Shown here piece by piece: positions 45,001-58,349 of a stretch of DNA of 64,000 nucleotides. Position numbers and translations under genes: made by a program. The stretch lies in the NCBI RefSeq assembly GCF_000142905.1, contig NW_013657659.1, positions 20,233-84,232 of the forward strand. The letters run 5' to 3'. The stretch comes from Thecamonas trahens ATCC 50062 (taxonomy: Eukaryota; Protista; Apusomonadida). Numbering within the stretch: the first letter of the stretch is position 1; the number at the start of each line of letters is the position of its first letter. The notes beneath the pieces were generated by a model, which saw only the letters and a list, made by a program, of their open reading frames with translations, did not search any database and was not told where the DNA came from.

Positions 45001-48000
45001 GACGAGCCACGGCCGATTCTCGCTGCACGCCTCGGCGGCGTAGCCGCACTCTACACTCAGCGGCCGTTTGACATGCAGGTCAACCTCGGCGTCTCGAGCC
45101 TCGCTGTCGACGATCTGGTGGGCGCGCCGGGCTCGCCGCCGCTCATTGGCTCGTCGACCACCGGCGCAGCGTCGGAGCTCACCATCCTCAACGTGGTGTA
45201 CGTGGCGGTCCAGAAAGACTGCCCGGTCTTTATCACCACCTTTGACTCCACCGAGACCGCCATCGACGTCAACATGAACCAGCTCCGGATCCGTGTCAAT
45301 CCGGATACCATCCATGAGGCACTGCTGTGGAACACGTACGCCTTTCCGCCGGCGGTTGAGGCCGAGTCAGGCGAGCTACGCGCCCGCTCGCTCTCGGTCT
45401 CGGGCACCGCTGCCGAGGTCCGCGACGACCTTTCGTCCGTCTCGGGCGCGTCGACCCTAGTCTCGCGTGCCGCCACCATGCTCTCGTACGTCGGCTGGGG
45501 CGGCCCAGCTGCCACCGCCGAGGAGCTGGCCAAGCAAAAGGCCGCCGCTCGCCGCGAACACGACCGGCTCATGCGGGCGCAGGCCAAGTACATCGAGGAG
45601 GCCGGCCTGGCTACGTCGGTTCCGAGTGGACCAGGCGTCCTCGGCGCCTCGCCCACCACCTTTGCCATCGGCTCGCCGCAGATGCACGGTGACGATGTGT
45701 TCTTCAACACCGACGCAGACGTGGCCACCGCGCCGGCCTTTGACCCCGTTGTTATGCGTGTCCGCGCCCGGCTCGATGGCGTCGTCATTACCCTTGCCCG
45801 CCGCGACAACGCCGGCGACCTGGCCACCGTCGGCCTCGGCGCGTCGAATGTGACTTACCACCAACGGCCGGTGACCATGGAGGCAGTGGGCGCGCTCGGT
45901 GCGCTCTCGCTTCGTGACTGCTCGTCGCAGGGCACAAAGTACACCGACGTGCTCTCTATCGACGGCGACAAGGTCCTCACCTTTGCGTACAACACCTTTG
46001 ACGAGGACGCCGCAGACTACCCAGGCTATCAGACCAAAGTCTACGCCCGGATGGCCTCGGTCCGGCTCGTCTACCTCAACCGGTTCATCACCGACCTCCT
46101 CACTTACAACACCGTCACGGTGGGGCGAATGCTCGACGTGGAAGAGGCTGCCACGGCAGCAGCCGCGACCGCGCGCGAGCAAGCCGCATCGATCACGGTG
46201 GTCCCGGCCGCTGCGGCGGCGCCTGCTATTGCCGTCCAGCCTCCGCGGGCTCGGGCGGAGAGCTCTGCAAAGGCTGGGCCTTCAGGCGCTGCACACAACG
46301 AGGCTACTGGCACACCGGTCATCTCCAAGATGAAGCTCGACGTCGTCCTTATCTCGCCGACCATCATCATGCCGCGGGCCTCGTACTGCGACGACGTGCT
46401 GGTCCTGGACCTCGGCGAGGTTGCGATCGAAAACGATTTCGAGGACTACGACGCCGAGTCCGACGTGGTTATGGACGTCATGTCGATTTCGATCACCCAG
46501 ATGCGGCTGCTGATGGGTGAGGCGTCGGCACCGGACAACTGGCGCAACCTCCTTGCCGACGCCTCGCTCTCCCTGACCGTCAAGCAGTCACTCTGCCCGT
46601 GGGTCAAGTCGGTCCCGCCAATGATCATTGCCGGCTACTCGCCCAAGATGAAGCTTGTGCTGGAGCAGCGCGACTATGTGCTGCTCACAGTAGTGGCGTC
46701 CGAGAACATGGCAGAGATTCCAGCCGACGCCGCCGACGACGTCGCCTTGGCAGCCAAGATGGCCGCTGAGATCGCCGCCAAGAACGAGGCCGCCGAGGCT
46801 GCCCGCAAGGCTGCGCGCGAAAAGGCAAAGAAGCGCGACGCCTTGGTTGCCGCCCGCCGCGCCGAGCATTCGGCCAACACGCTGGGCGTGCCAGGCTCGC
46901 CTCCGCCGGCCGCCAACACGCCGGCGCCGGCCGCAGACAGCGAGACACCGACCTTCCTTACCATGCTTGTCGACGCTATTGTCATCGACGAGCTGGAGCT
47001 CGAGCTGTTCAAGGGCCACGCGTCGATCGCGTCGCTGATGCTTTCCAACGTCGACGTCAAGTACTGGACAGACTCGGACGAAGTCATGGTCGCCGACGTC
47101 TCTGTTTTTGCCATCACTGTCCGCGACACCCGCGCCGGCGGCGACGACGTCTCGGTCCACCGTGACATTCTAGCGTATGTGGCCGACATCGAGTCGCCGC
47201 AGCTGACTGTCAACTACACCGCGCAGCCGAACGGTGACTCGCACATTGTGCTTGGCCTCGCCAAGCCGCGCGGCGTCATCGTCTTTGACGCCGTCTTTGC
47301 GCTGCAAGACTACTTTGCACCGCCGCTCGACATTATCGATCCGGCCAAGTCGTTTGCCGATGCCAACGAGTACGAGTACGAGTACGAGTACGCGTACGAC
47401 GGCGGCGACGAGTACGCAGCATCGCCTGGCGACGACGAGGCTTCCCACGACGGGTCGGACGAGTTCTTCGACACCTCGGCCGAGCCGGTGGTGACCCGAA
47501 GCCGGACCCGAGCTCGGGTCCGCAAGCCGTCGCGGGCTGAGGCTGGCAAGAGCGCGGCCGGCGACGCAAGCAACGATGCCACCACGCCGGCGCCGCTGGC
47601 GAGCACCAAGCCAGCCTACGATCCAGTGATGACGATGGCAATCTCGATTGTCGAGCCCGAGTTCTGCCTGGTGGAGAGCCCAACGGCGGTCGACACCAAG
47701 GCGCTAGTCCTCGGCTTTTCGCTGGACATGGACTACCTCGGCGTTGCCGGGCCCAAACCGCGGATGGCAATCGATGCCCGGCTTCGCGGGCTGGACATTA
47801 TCAAGTGCAAGCTCTCGGCGCGCGAGACGACCGAGCTTGTGCTCATGGAGCCGTGCAACCTGACCGCCAAGTACGATGTTGAGTCGCGGCTAGAGGAGCT
47901 GACTCGGCTGCAGCGGCTGGCGCTTGTGGCGCCGGCGCCGACCCCGGCGCCAGGAACGGACCCCGAGAACGGCGGGGCGGGCGCGTCGGCGCCGGCCAAG

Positions 48001-51000
48001 GCCTCGGCGTCGGGCGCCGTCGGGTCGGCAGCTCAGCTTGGGCAGGCTCTGCCGACGTATGTGACCGAGACTGAGATCGAGGCCAAGCTGGACGCTATCG
48101 ACCTTCGGATTGCCTACCGCGACTACCTGCTGATCAATGCCATCATGGCGACGCTCTCGCCGGCCCCGGTCGAGAACGGGAGCGCGGACGATGCAAAGGC
48201 CGACTGCGGAGATACTACCACGCTGAGTGATGCGATCAATGCCAACCAGATCGAGACGGTCGACGCAGACGCAGTGATGGCAGACGTAGAGGACGACGCT
48301 ATGGACCTGGACCTGGACAACTTCTTGATCGGGTCCGAGGCGTCGGGCTCGGATGACGGGCGCGCGTGCAAGGCCGAATTTGGCGTCAAGCCTGCGGCGG
48401 AGCTGACGCCTGCGGCCCGCGACGCTGGAGCCGTGGCAGAGGTATTTGTGGAGAAGCTCAACGCGGAGGTTGTGGCGCTCCGGGCGGTGGTCATCAACGA
48501 CCGGCTGGCCGGGCAGGAGACACCACTGGTCGACTTTCGGATTCGGACGGTGCAGGCAGCAGTCACCAACTGGTCGTCGAACATGGACGCGCGGGTTGCG
48601 CTTGCGCTCACCTCGGACTACTACAACAACAAGCTTGCGCTGTGGGAGCCCATGGTGGAGCAGTGGGGCCTCATCGCGCACGTTACGTCGACGGTGGAGC
48701 CGGAGGCGATGCACATCCACGTAGAGGCGCCTGCAGTCCTCAACGTGACGGTGACACATACGTTTGTGGAGGCCATGTACAAGGTCTCGTACATGCTTGC
48801 CGAGGAGGATGCTGCGAGCTCGGAGAGCGTGGCGGCCGACGTGCCGTTTGAGCCGTACCGCATTGTCAACGCCACCGGCGCTTCGGTCAAGTACTGGCTG
48901 GCGGCGGACGAGGTCCGGCGGCTGCCGATTTTTGGCGCAGAGCCGTTTGACTTTAAGGCTGCAGTGGCGTCGGGCGCGCTTTCGAGCGGCAACGACGCCG
49001 GCGAGAGCGGTCGGTCGTATGGCATCGACCGGCCGCACTACATTGTGGTCCGGGTTGCTGGTTTTGGTGACGTGACGCAGATTCCAGTCGACCGGGTCGG
49101 CGAGTACCGGTACACGCTGGTGCCGCGGACGAGCTCACGAGCAGGCAAGGTCGAAGCCGAGCGGCCGCCGATCATGCTCGAGGTCCGTGTTGCGCTTGAG
49201 GGCGATACCAAGGTGGTGACACTGCTCTCGATGGTGCGGGTGGTGAACAAGACGGTGATGCCGATGTCGATCCGGCTCGACTGCCCTGACATGAAACCTG
49301 TGGTGCTGCCTCCGCTTGCGCCCGAGGGCGAGACTTGCCTGCCGATCCACCTTGCCCACTCGGCGCGGGTCAAGGTGCGGCCGGCGGCCGGGGCCATTGT
49401 GCCGGGTAGCAAGTCTGCCCACCACTGGCCGGAGATGAGCTTTGCGTGGACCGACTACGAGGAGCATGTGTCGCGAAAAGACAACGGCGAGCGGCCGTGG
49501 TACGGGTACATGGGTGGCGAGACGCGAGCGTCAGCCCTGGAGGAGACGGCCGCGAACGGGATGGGCTCGGTGCTGGACCCAGACTGGTCTGTGGTGGTCA
49601 TGATCACTCGCAACTCTGCGGTGGAGGAGGGCATGATGTCGAGCGTGCCAGCCTCGCTCCCGCACCACACCCTCACGCTCTCGCCGCCGCTAGTTCTGCA
49701 GGGAGTGGTGCCCGGGGCGATGGAGTTCCAGCTGGAAGACGCCGAGTCCGAGCACGCGCTGGAGGGCGAGCTTGCCGAGGGCGAGGAGGTCCACGTCTAC
49801 GGCCTCCACCTAGGGCACCCGATCCTGCTTCGGGTGCGGATTCCGAGCCTCGGCTACCACGAGTGGTCCGAGTCTGCCGTGGTCTTTGCCAAGCCAGCGA
49901 CCAAGAGTCTTGGCTTTACGCGGACGCCCAAGACAGATCCATTTGTGGTCCTCCACGATGGCGCGGGACGCGAGCTCAAGCTCGAGCTGCTGCGCCGCAA
50001 GACAGCCGGTGGCGGTGGGCGGCACGTGGGCGTGTTTGCACCGTATTGGATCCTCAACCAGTCGCACCTGCCGTTGACGGTGACTCAGGAGCACGGATTC
50101 AACAACAAGCACACCGAGGTTGCGGGTCTGCCTGGCGGAGGGCTTCCGCATGGCGAGCTGCTGATGACCGCCTTCCCAGAGGCCGGCCTGCTCAAGCGCA
50201 AGCTTGCAATTCGGGTGGGCGGCGAGTCCAAGTTTAGCAAGTCGTTCTCGATCGATGCGGTGGGCTCGGTCGGTGTGGTACAGGTCAAGGGCATGGCGCT
50301 GCCGGAAGTGGCTGAGGCTGAGGCTGAGGCTGAGACCGAGACCAAGGACACGGCTGAAGGCAAGGCCGAGACCGAGGCCGAGGCCAGCGGCGATGATGCA
50401 TGTGTCGAGCGGGCGACGGCGCTGTTCGAGTTTGGCGTGTCGGTGACGACCGGGACGGGGCCGTTTGCAGTTGTCAAGCAGGTGACTGTGGCGCCGCGGT
50501 TCGTCATTGTTAACCGGGTGGCAGACTTTGGGGTGCGTGTGCAGCAGGTAGGCGCGCCGGAGGGAACTGGAGTCCCTGTTGCGGCAGGCGGGCGGACGCC
50601 GTTCCACTGGGTCTCTTCCAAGCTCAAGCGGCATGTGTCGCTGGTGGTGGAGGGCGCCGGGTGGCTGCCATCGGGCCCGTTCTCGATCGATGACCTGGGC
50701 GTGTTTGGGCTCAAGTGCTACAACGAAGAGACGGACATGGTGTACATTTTCTCTGTGGAGGTCAAGCTCGTGGGCGCGAGTGTGTACGTGGTCGTTTCGC
50801 CCGATACGGGCACTGCGCCGTTTATGCTGGAGAACATGTCGTCGCTGCCGATCTTCTGCTGGCAAGACGGCCACCCTGAGCTCGGGCTGGAGCTTGGACC
50901 GCTCTGCCGGATGCCGTACGCATGGGACGCGCCTGCATCGAAGCGGCGGCTGTGGGTGGCGTTTGGCGACATGGCGAGTGAGGAGGCTGTCGACGCGCGG

Positions 51001-53142
51001 ATTGCGGTTGCCGAGTCGACATCCAAGGCGACACGTGTCAAGGCAAAGATCAAGGCGCGGCTCAAGGCGCAGCGTGGGGTGAAGAGCTACAACCTCTCGC
51101 GGTTCAAGCACTACAAGCCGTACAAGATCGGGTCGGGCCTTCCGCGGGCTGTGGTGGACATTTTCCCCGACGGGCCGACACGGGTGTTCCGGGTCATGGA
51201 CAAGGGCTCGAAGCTTGCGGCGCTGTCAGCGGCGGTCCGTGCGCCGGACTTTGACGACGAGACCGAGTACGAGGAGTCTGTGGCGTCGTCTTCTGTGGTG
51301 GGCTCGGGCGATGTGGCAGCCCTGCGGCCGGAGGAGCAGGAGGAAGTGATGTCGTTTGGCGTGACGGCAGACATCGCGGGCGTAGCGGTGTCTGTGGTCG
51401 ACGCCCAGCCGACTGAGATCCTGTACTTCGGGCTTGAGAGTATTGCGGCCAACTATTCGGTGTCGAACATGTACGAGCGGCTGGAGGTGCTTGTGGCCAA
51501 CGTCCAGCTGGACAACGCACTCGGCCTCGCGCAATACCCTGTCGTCCTTGGCCCGCGGCTGGACAAGCTCGGTGAGAAGCCTGTGGTGACGCTCGGGTAC
51601 ACCAAGTCGGTCAAGTATCCAGACATCCAGTACTACCATCAGGCGTCGTTCCTGCTTCAGGAGATGAACCTGATGGTGGAGGAGGCGTGGTTGAGTCGGG
51701 TGCTCGCCTTTGTGTCGACGCTGCCCGAGGCACCGACGCCTCCGACGGGCGAAGGCGATGGAGACTCTGGTCCAGGCCCGATGTCTGTCTCGCAGGCGTT
51801 CATTGCGGCAGCGGCGGAAGAGGTGGGTGTGGAGCAGAGCGGCGCGGCGCTGTTCTACTTTCAGACGCTGCTGCTGAACCCGATCAAAATTAACGTGACG
51901 TACTCGTCGTCTGCGCTCGGTGACGATGAGGGGTCGTCGTCGGATGGCGCCGGAAACGGCAATGACGACGAGGTCGGCGGCTCGATGTCGGTTCTTCACG
52001 CTCTCGGGTTCACCTTTGCCAACGTGGACGCCGCGCCGCTCAAGTTCAACCTGCTCATGCTGGAGCACGTGTTCGAGTCGCAGAACGAGGTTGTGTCGCG
52101 GATCACTACGCACTATGTGATGCAGGGCGTGGCCGAGTCGTACAAGCTGATCGGGTCTGTGGAGGTGCTTGGCAACCCGGTGGGCCTGTTCAACAACCTG
52201 GGCACCGGCGTGGCCGACTTTTTCGTAGAGCCCGCCAAGGGCATCACCCAGTCGCCGCGCGAGTTTGGCAAGGGTCTTGGGCGTGGGACAAGCTCACTGC
52301 TCAAGAACTCTGTGTACGGCGTGTTCAACTCGGCGGCGGCAGTAACCGGGACCGTGGGGCGCGGGCTGGGATACCTCACCCTTGACGACGAGTATATCGA
52401 GCGGCGTGCGCGCGCGGAGCGAAACAAGCCCAAGCACGTGGGTGACGGTCTCAAGCAGGGCTTTACAGCGTTTGGGCGCGGCATCTTTGAAGGTGTGACC
52501 GGCATTGCATACCAGCCGTACAAGGGCGCCAAAAAGGCCGGCTTCAAGGGCTTTGTCAAGGGCATGGGCAAGGGCGTGACTGGGCTGCTCTTCAAGCCTG
52601 TGGCGGGAGCGCTCGATCTTGTGACCAAGACAGCGGAGGGTATCCGCAACACAGCAACGTACTTTGACGCCAAGGCGGCGCGGCTCCGGCCGCCGCGGTA
52701 CATTGGCCCCGACGGGCGGCTACTGGCGTACTCGCCGGTAGCGGCGTACGGGCAGGATCTGCTGGACACGGCTAAGGGCGGTGATTTGGTTAAGACTGAC
52801 CACTATGTGTTCCACGCTGAACTGTACAACCGCAAGGGCCACTACGTGGTTGTTTCTGATAAGCACCTGCTCATGGTGCAGCCGAAGAAGCGCGAGACGT
52901 CAACCGACTGGGTCTGGCCGCTCGCCGGCCTCGTCTCGGTTGAGCTGGAAGGCGACACAGTGACCGTCACCGGCTCGACGCTCGACCTCGCGAACAAGGT
53001 CGCCGACAAGGTGCTCAAGACCAAACCGAAGCAGCTGCATCTGCAAATGATTGACGATAAGACGGCCGTTTGGCTTGCGAACCGGATTGAGCTTGCGCGG
53101 GATGCGTGGCTCGTGGCGCGGAGTGGCGCCGTGATGGCGTAA
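42058..53142 (+). CDS. VPS13: VPS13 bridge-like lipid transfer protein; frameshift near 43885
   Basis: Chorein-N MFEGMVAGLLTKYLGDFV. Exon 1 is 42058-42154, followed by a GTACGT...CAG intron and exon 2 from 42285. Also DNIQVSIRNIHIRYED, YYNNKLALWEPMVE, APYWILN, LGNPVGLF, GFVKGMGKG and RLRPPR. Confidence 0.96.
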
Positions 53143-53468
53143 AACCATCGTAGAATCTTCTATGGAAGGCAGAATCTCTCCAGCCAAACCCCTCATCCAG
53201 GTAATTGCATCTGCATCACACAACTACCTTCCCCTCAACACATTCTGTACACTCCAACGCCATCTACATACCTCACTCATTCCTCTGTCCCATCCAATCG
53301 CTCTCCTCTCCTCCTCGAACAGCCTCCAGTACGGCAACAAGAGGCCGAGTTGAGCCGGAAACGACAAACACTCGCATCCACCGCGCGCATGACGGCTCGT
53401 GACAGCCAGCTCCCACCACGTTCTTGTCCACGCTCTCCCCGCTCCACCGCTCTCTATCACTCATCCAC

Positions 53469-55244
53469 ATGGAAGGACTCGTAGCCAGCCTGACGTCGAC
53501 GAACATGTTTGAGGCAATTGCCTCGGAACGGACCCGTCTCGCCGGCCAAGGCCTGGCTCTTGCTACGGTCGATGCGCTGTGTCCCGAGATGGAAGCGCGG
53601 TTGCATGCAGTTGAAATTCTTGCGAGTTGCGACAGTGTTGAAAAAGACGTGAGCAAAGGCCGTCTAGTAGCGATCGTGGGCGGCGGGCTGTCTGGATGCG
53701 AAGCTGCGAGGTTGCATGCTGCCGAGGGTGCGTCGGTGATTGTGTTGGAGAAGCGGATCGCATACGGTGGCGTGTGGGCAACGACGGCCAACACAGCGTC
53801 CCGGGTCCAGGTAGACCCGGTCTCCTTCCGTCCGCTCCACGACAGCTCGCCGCTTCCAGACGACGATGAGAGCGATCCGTTTGGTTCGTTCTATCGCTCG
53901 CGGGCAGATGTTCTCGACCAGCTCGCATCTGACATTGAAGGTGCCAACCTCATCGCCCGGACCGTGTTTGGCGTCCATGTGGAGAGCTTTGATCACACTG
54001 ATGATGGAAAGGTGGCGGTGACGGTAGCAGTAGATGACGGGACATGTGCGATTGCTGTCTTTGACGAGCTCCACATCCGCACTGGCTCACTCACTGATCA
54101 TGTCGGCGGCGCCACGGCGCTCGGCCTTGACGACGTGAGCTTTGGTGGCAAAGTGGCACGTGGCATTGCCGATGATGTTGCTTCGAGTGAGCTTGCAGAT
54201 GCCGATGTAGTCATTGTCGGGCTCGGTGCATTTGCGGTGGAGAACGTGCGGCGGAGCCTTGCTGCAGGCGCCAAGAGCATCACTGTCCTCACCCGTCGCG
54301 CCGATAAGCTCCTCTTCCCCGAGGCCGCTACTTACGTCCTTCGCCACGCCCTCAACCAAACGGCAGCCGCCGAGCTTGGACAGGCGCAGCTCGACGCGAT
54401 GTGGGCTCGAGTTCATGGCCTGGTGGCGACAGGCGCAGCGGCGGCTGGCCTCTCAGACCTCCTCCTCAATCCAGACACGGTTGTCGAGATCGACGGCCTC
54501 CCACACTTTGTCTTCTCCAACGGCCTCCCGGCCATGTCGTCTAATGTAGTCTTTCTTGGGGCTGCCTATGGGCTCGTCACCATTTTCGTCGACGAGATCG
54601 CAGCGTTTGCATCCAACGGCTTGGTGACCAAGACCGGGCGCGAGCTCCCTGCCGACGTTGTGCTCACCTGCCTCGGGTTCGGGACCCGCGACTCGCTCCT
54701 CGCCGGCCACACGGTCACTGACGCATGGTTTGTCGACGGACGTGTGACAGTGACACACAACCTCCGCGGCGATCGGGTTAATGGAGCCAACGTCATCGGC
54801 CCGCGCGTCGACGCCTCCAACTTTCTTATCTCTTACTACGAAGATGCAGTCGAGTACGAGCGGACCATCCGCTCGATGTGCGACGATGAGTCGCGCGAGA
54901 TCTATCACGAGATTGCATGCATGGAGCCGATCTCGACTCCTGCTGCTGTTGATGACGTCGACTACTTTACCACCCTGGTATTGTCGAACAAGCTGGAGCG
55001 ATGCTCTGCGCCTCGCATCGCCGCTATCCTCGACGACAACCGCGACAAGCGCGTGGCGCTATATGATCTTGTCCTTCCGGACTGGACCTTCTGGGAGAGG
55101 GATGCCGCAGCCTGGGATCGGATGGCGCGGGAGCTTGCCGGGAGGGTTGGGAAGGATGTCATTCCGTATCCGTATGCCATGGTATGGGGAGAGGGGATGG
55201 CACTGGGACAACATGCTATCCTAGGAGAGGACCATGTCCAATAG
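53469..55244 (+). CDS. Flavin-dependent monooxygenase-like oxidoreductase (FMO/BVMO-type two-dinucleotide fold)
   Basis: VAIVGGGLSG...VLEK...GGVW FAD motif, second Rossmann VVIVGLGAFAVE...TRR, and ADVVLTCLGF. Intronless. Confidence 0.8.
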   Translation: MEGLVASLTSTNMFEAIASERTRLAGQGLALATVDALCPEMEARLHAVEILASCDSVEKDVSKGRLVAIVGGGLSGCEAARLHAAEGASVIVLEKRIAYGGVWATTANTASRVQVDPVSFRPLHDSSPLPDDDESDPFGSFYRSRADVLDQLASDIEGANLIARTVFGVHVESFDHTDDGKVAVTVAVDDGTCAIAVFDELHIRTGSLTDHVGGATALGLDDVSFGGKVARGIADDVASSELADADVVIVGLGAFAVENVRRSLAAGAKSITVLTRRADKLLFPEAATYVLRHALNQTAAAELGQAQLDAMWARVHGLVATGAAAAGLSDLLLNPDTVVEIDGLPHFVFSNGLPAMSSNVVFLGAAYGLVTIFVDEIAAFASNGLVTKTGRELPADVVLTCLGFGTRDSLLAGHTVTDAWFVDGRVTVTHNLRGDRVNGANVIGPRVDASNFLISYYEDAVEYERTIRSMCDDESREIYHEIACMEPISTPAAVDDVDYFTTLVLSNKLERCSAPRIAAILDDNRDKRVALYDLVLPDWTFWERDAAAWDRMARELAGRVGKDVIPYPYAMVWGEGMALGQHAILGEDHVQ

Positions 55245-55710
55245 GTGATGAACTGCTCATATCAGGGTTATTAATGTATCTACGATCGTCACTACATTTA
55301 AAGTTTTCCTACGAAAGCATCTCGCACACTCATCGCCTCTATGTACTTGCTGTTGTTCATGTACAAAAAGTAGTGCGACGCATGATCGCGCTTTTTTCGT
55401 CTGCGTAACGTCACACTCTGAAACATGATGCTCCTCAAACACTAGCCAAACTGAAGAAGAACCGTATGAAGGGGATACTACCATGACTGCTGCTCAAAGG
55501 CTGAAGATGTTCAAGTTAGAAGGCATTCATTACTACTGTTGCAGATGCTGCCATTGATCGTTCCTGCGCAGAATTCATCAATCAAAAGTTGGAAGGAAGG
55601 GCTTACTGACTACGGCCAGAGTATCCCCTCCCCCCCCCCCCTCTCCCCCTTCTCCCCTCTCACTCGTCCCCCGACAGGCATACCTGTCTCTCTCGACCAA
55701 TCCTCCCACC

Positions 55711-56283
55711 ATGGGCAACCGTCTTCAGAAGGAAGTGTTTGAGCGGTCACGGGGAGAATCAAGTGAGTTGGTCTTTGAGAAGGTCAAGATTGGAAGTGTG
55801 CCTCCGCTCGTCCTTGCTGCATGTGTACGGATACGATTGCGTGTGTGTGTGTGTGGGGGGGCATGACAAAGGCGAAGGAGGCAGGGCGATGATATGGGTC
55901 ATCGGATGGTAGCCGGGAGTACACACGCGAGGCGCAAGTGTTCGGTCGGTCTGTTGGTCGGTTTGGATGTAAGGAGGATGTGGTGGTATAGGGCAGACGG
56001 ATGAGGACAAGTTGCTGTCGATCTGGTGGGGGTTCGTGCGTGCTGGCATGTGATGATGGAGACAAAGTCGCTCAACCATCATCCCGGGAACAATCGAGAT
56101 TGATGTGGCGGTGGAAGAGGTCGGGGTTGTCATCATAGCTACCGTATGGCATGGCTGGTTTGGGCTGATCACAAGAGAGATCACATCTGATCACCCATGC
56201 ACAACAGCCGCTCCTCCCTCCTACCCTCCTCTCACTCTCATCACGCCCACGTCATCAGATAGGCTTGCTACCACCACTAACCA

Positions 56284-56314
<31 letters not shown>

Positions 56315-58342
56315 GGTTTTTTTTTTCGGTTTGAGAAGATCACCGTCAACGGATGCAACATCACTGAGCTGCCCGAGTTTGGGTTCGAGGATGTGGCGAG
56401 TACGCTCATCTCGCTCCACGCAGAGCGAAACAAGCTGCGGGTTCTACCGCCGGCTATGGGCGCACTAACGGCGCTTGTCTCGCTCAACCTGTTCCGCAAC
56501 AAGATCACGTCGCTCCCAGATGAACTGTTTAACTGTGTCTCGCTCCGCAAGCTCATTCTCCACAAGAATGCCCTGACTGAAATCCCGCCGGGTATTGGCC
56601 GGCTCTCCAAGCTCAAGTTCATCTTCATTGGTGGAAACAAGATCCGCGAGCTTCCGACTGAGCTGTTTGCCATTCCCAGCCTGATCGAGGTCCACGCCCA
56701 AGAGAACGCGCTTACTGAGCTTCCGGAAGGGATTGGCTCTGCTTCCCACTTGCGGATTCTCAACGTGCGCAACAACAAGATTACAAGTCTCCCGAACAGC
56801 ATCGGGAGTTTGATCGCGCTGCAGCAGCTATCAGTGTGGGGCAACAAGCTGGCCGCCATTCCGGACTCGATCGAGGGCTGCATGGCACTTACCTCTCTTG
56901 TGGCCCATCGCAATGTGCTGACTGACCTGCCGTATGGCCTCATCTTCTGCACTTTTCTGGACGAGGTCTCTATCAGCTCAAACGCGTTCTCCGGCGAGAG
57001 AAAGGTATGGCCCAAGCTCTCTGTTGCGGAGCTCAAAGCCGCCATCGCTGGGCCTTGTTGGGAGGACGCGGTCGCTGCCCGCACAGCCTCTATGCAGCCC
57101 GCGGCGATGGAAGCATCGCCTGCAATTGTTGCTGGTGCGCCGTCGTCACCATCATCGTCCTCGTCGTCCAGCTCTTCACCACCAGCTTCACCGTCGGCAA
57201 CTACCGCACCAACTGAAGCATACCCCGAGCCCGCGGCGCTTAAGTTTGATCTCGCCGACCACGAGTCGAATCCGTCCATCCCTCCTCCGGTTGTGGTTAT
57301 GTCGGCGCCATCGTCCGATGACGACAATGAGACCACAACGAAGCCGGCGAAGACCAAGAGCCGCGGCCCGCCGCGGCCCAAGTCATGGGCATCGCCGGGT
57401 GGTGGCGATTTGACGTCCGAGGCTAAAATGCAGCTGGCGGAGCGGCTGCTGTCGATGGCGCCAGACGACGGGCTCTTCACCATGACTCGCAACAAGCTCA
57501 ACGCTATCCAGCATCTACGTAAGACCGTCGAAGTCCACCATTGGCTGGTGGCGATGTTAGGCGTGCCGCTCAGCTCGGACGACCTGTGGATCGAGCTCCG
57601 TGATGGCATCAAGCTCTGCCAGATCGGCAACAAGCTGCTGCCAGGTGCGTGCCGGGTTCTTGACGACTCGCATCCATTCCACCAGCGCGACAACACAGCG
57701 TCATTTCTACGCTTTGCACGGGCGTTCGGCATGGATCCGATGCGCCTGTTTGAGGTCAACGACCTTTACCAGCGTCGCAACGTCGTCGCTGTCGTCGATG
57801 TCCTTCACGAGCTTGCGCAGAAGGCTCACGAGAAGGGCGATGGCCCGGTGGTCGAGCAGACCATTCCACTCTCGGCGTACACGCCGGCACAGATTGCGCT
57901 CGCGGTGGCGCAGCTCTCGTCACGTGAGGACCAGGCGGTCCGCAAGGCGACGCTGCGGATGTCGTCGGGTAAGAAGGCGAAGAAGAAGGCCAAGGCCAAG
58001 GCCGAGGCTGAGCCCGAGGCCAAGGCTGAGGCTGCGCTGCCCGAGGGACTTGTCGCACCGGACGAGCTCGAGTTTGCCCAGTCACTCGACGCCGCGATGC
58101 TCAATCTTCTCGAGGAGCACACCCATACCAAGCTCGACGAGCTTGTCGAGACTGCGCTTGCCCCACCGCCCGAGACGCCGCCGCCCGAGCTCGCAGATGC
58201 CGAGAGCAATGAGGCCGATACCAGCGATGTTGCTGCGACGGCAGCGAAGCCTAAGTCGCGGTCCGAGGTCCTCGTCGAGACGCATACCTGCGAGCTGGAG
58301 ACGCTACTTGCCGACGTCGACAACCTGCTCGCCGGACTGTGA
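55711..58342 (+). CDS. Leucine-rich-repeat + calponin-homology domain protein
   Basis: Proposed exon 1 55711-55762 (MGNRLQK...|GTGAGT). About 9-10 LRRs from about 56330 and a CH domain (LRDGIKLCQIGNKLLPG...DNTASFL...LFEVNDLY). The acceptor is obscured by the homopolymer tract at 56285-56326. Confidence 0.85.
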
Positions 58343-58349
58343 GCTGTGT

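Noticed and set aside
1302-53142. Functional cluster of membrane-trafficking genes (EHD, YIPF6, HPS3, VPS13)
   Set aside because: They are interspersed with unrelated housekeeping genes, and the category is large enough for chance co-occurrence.
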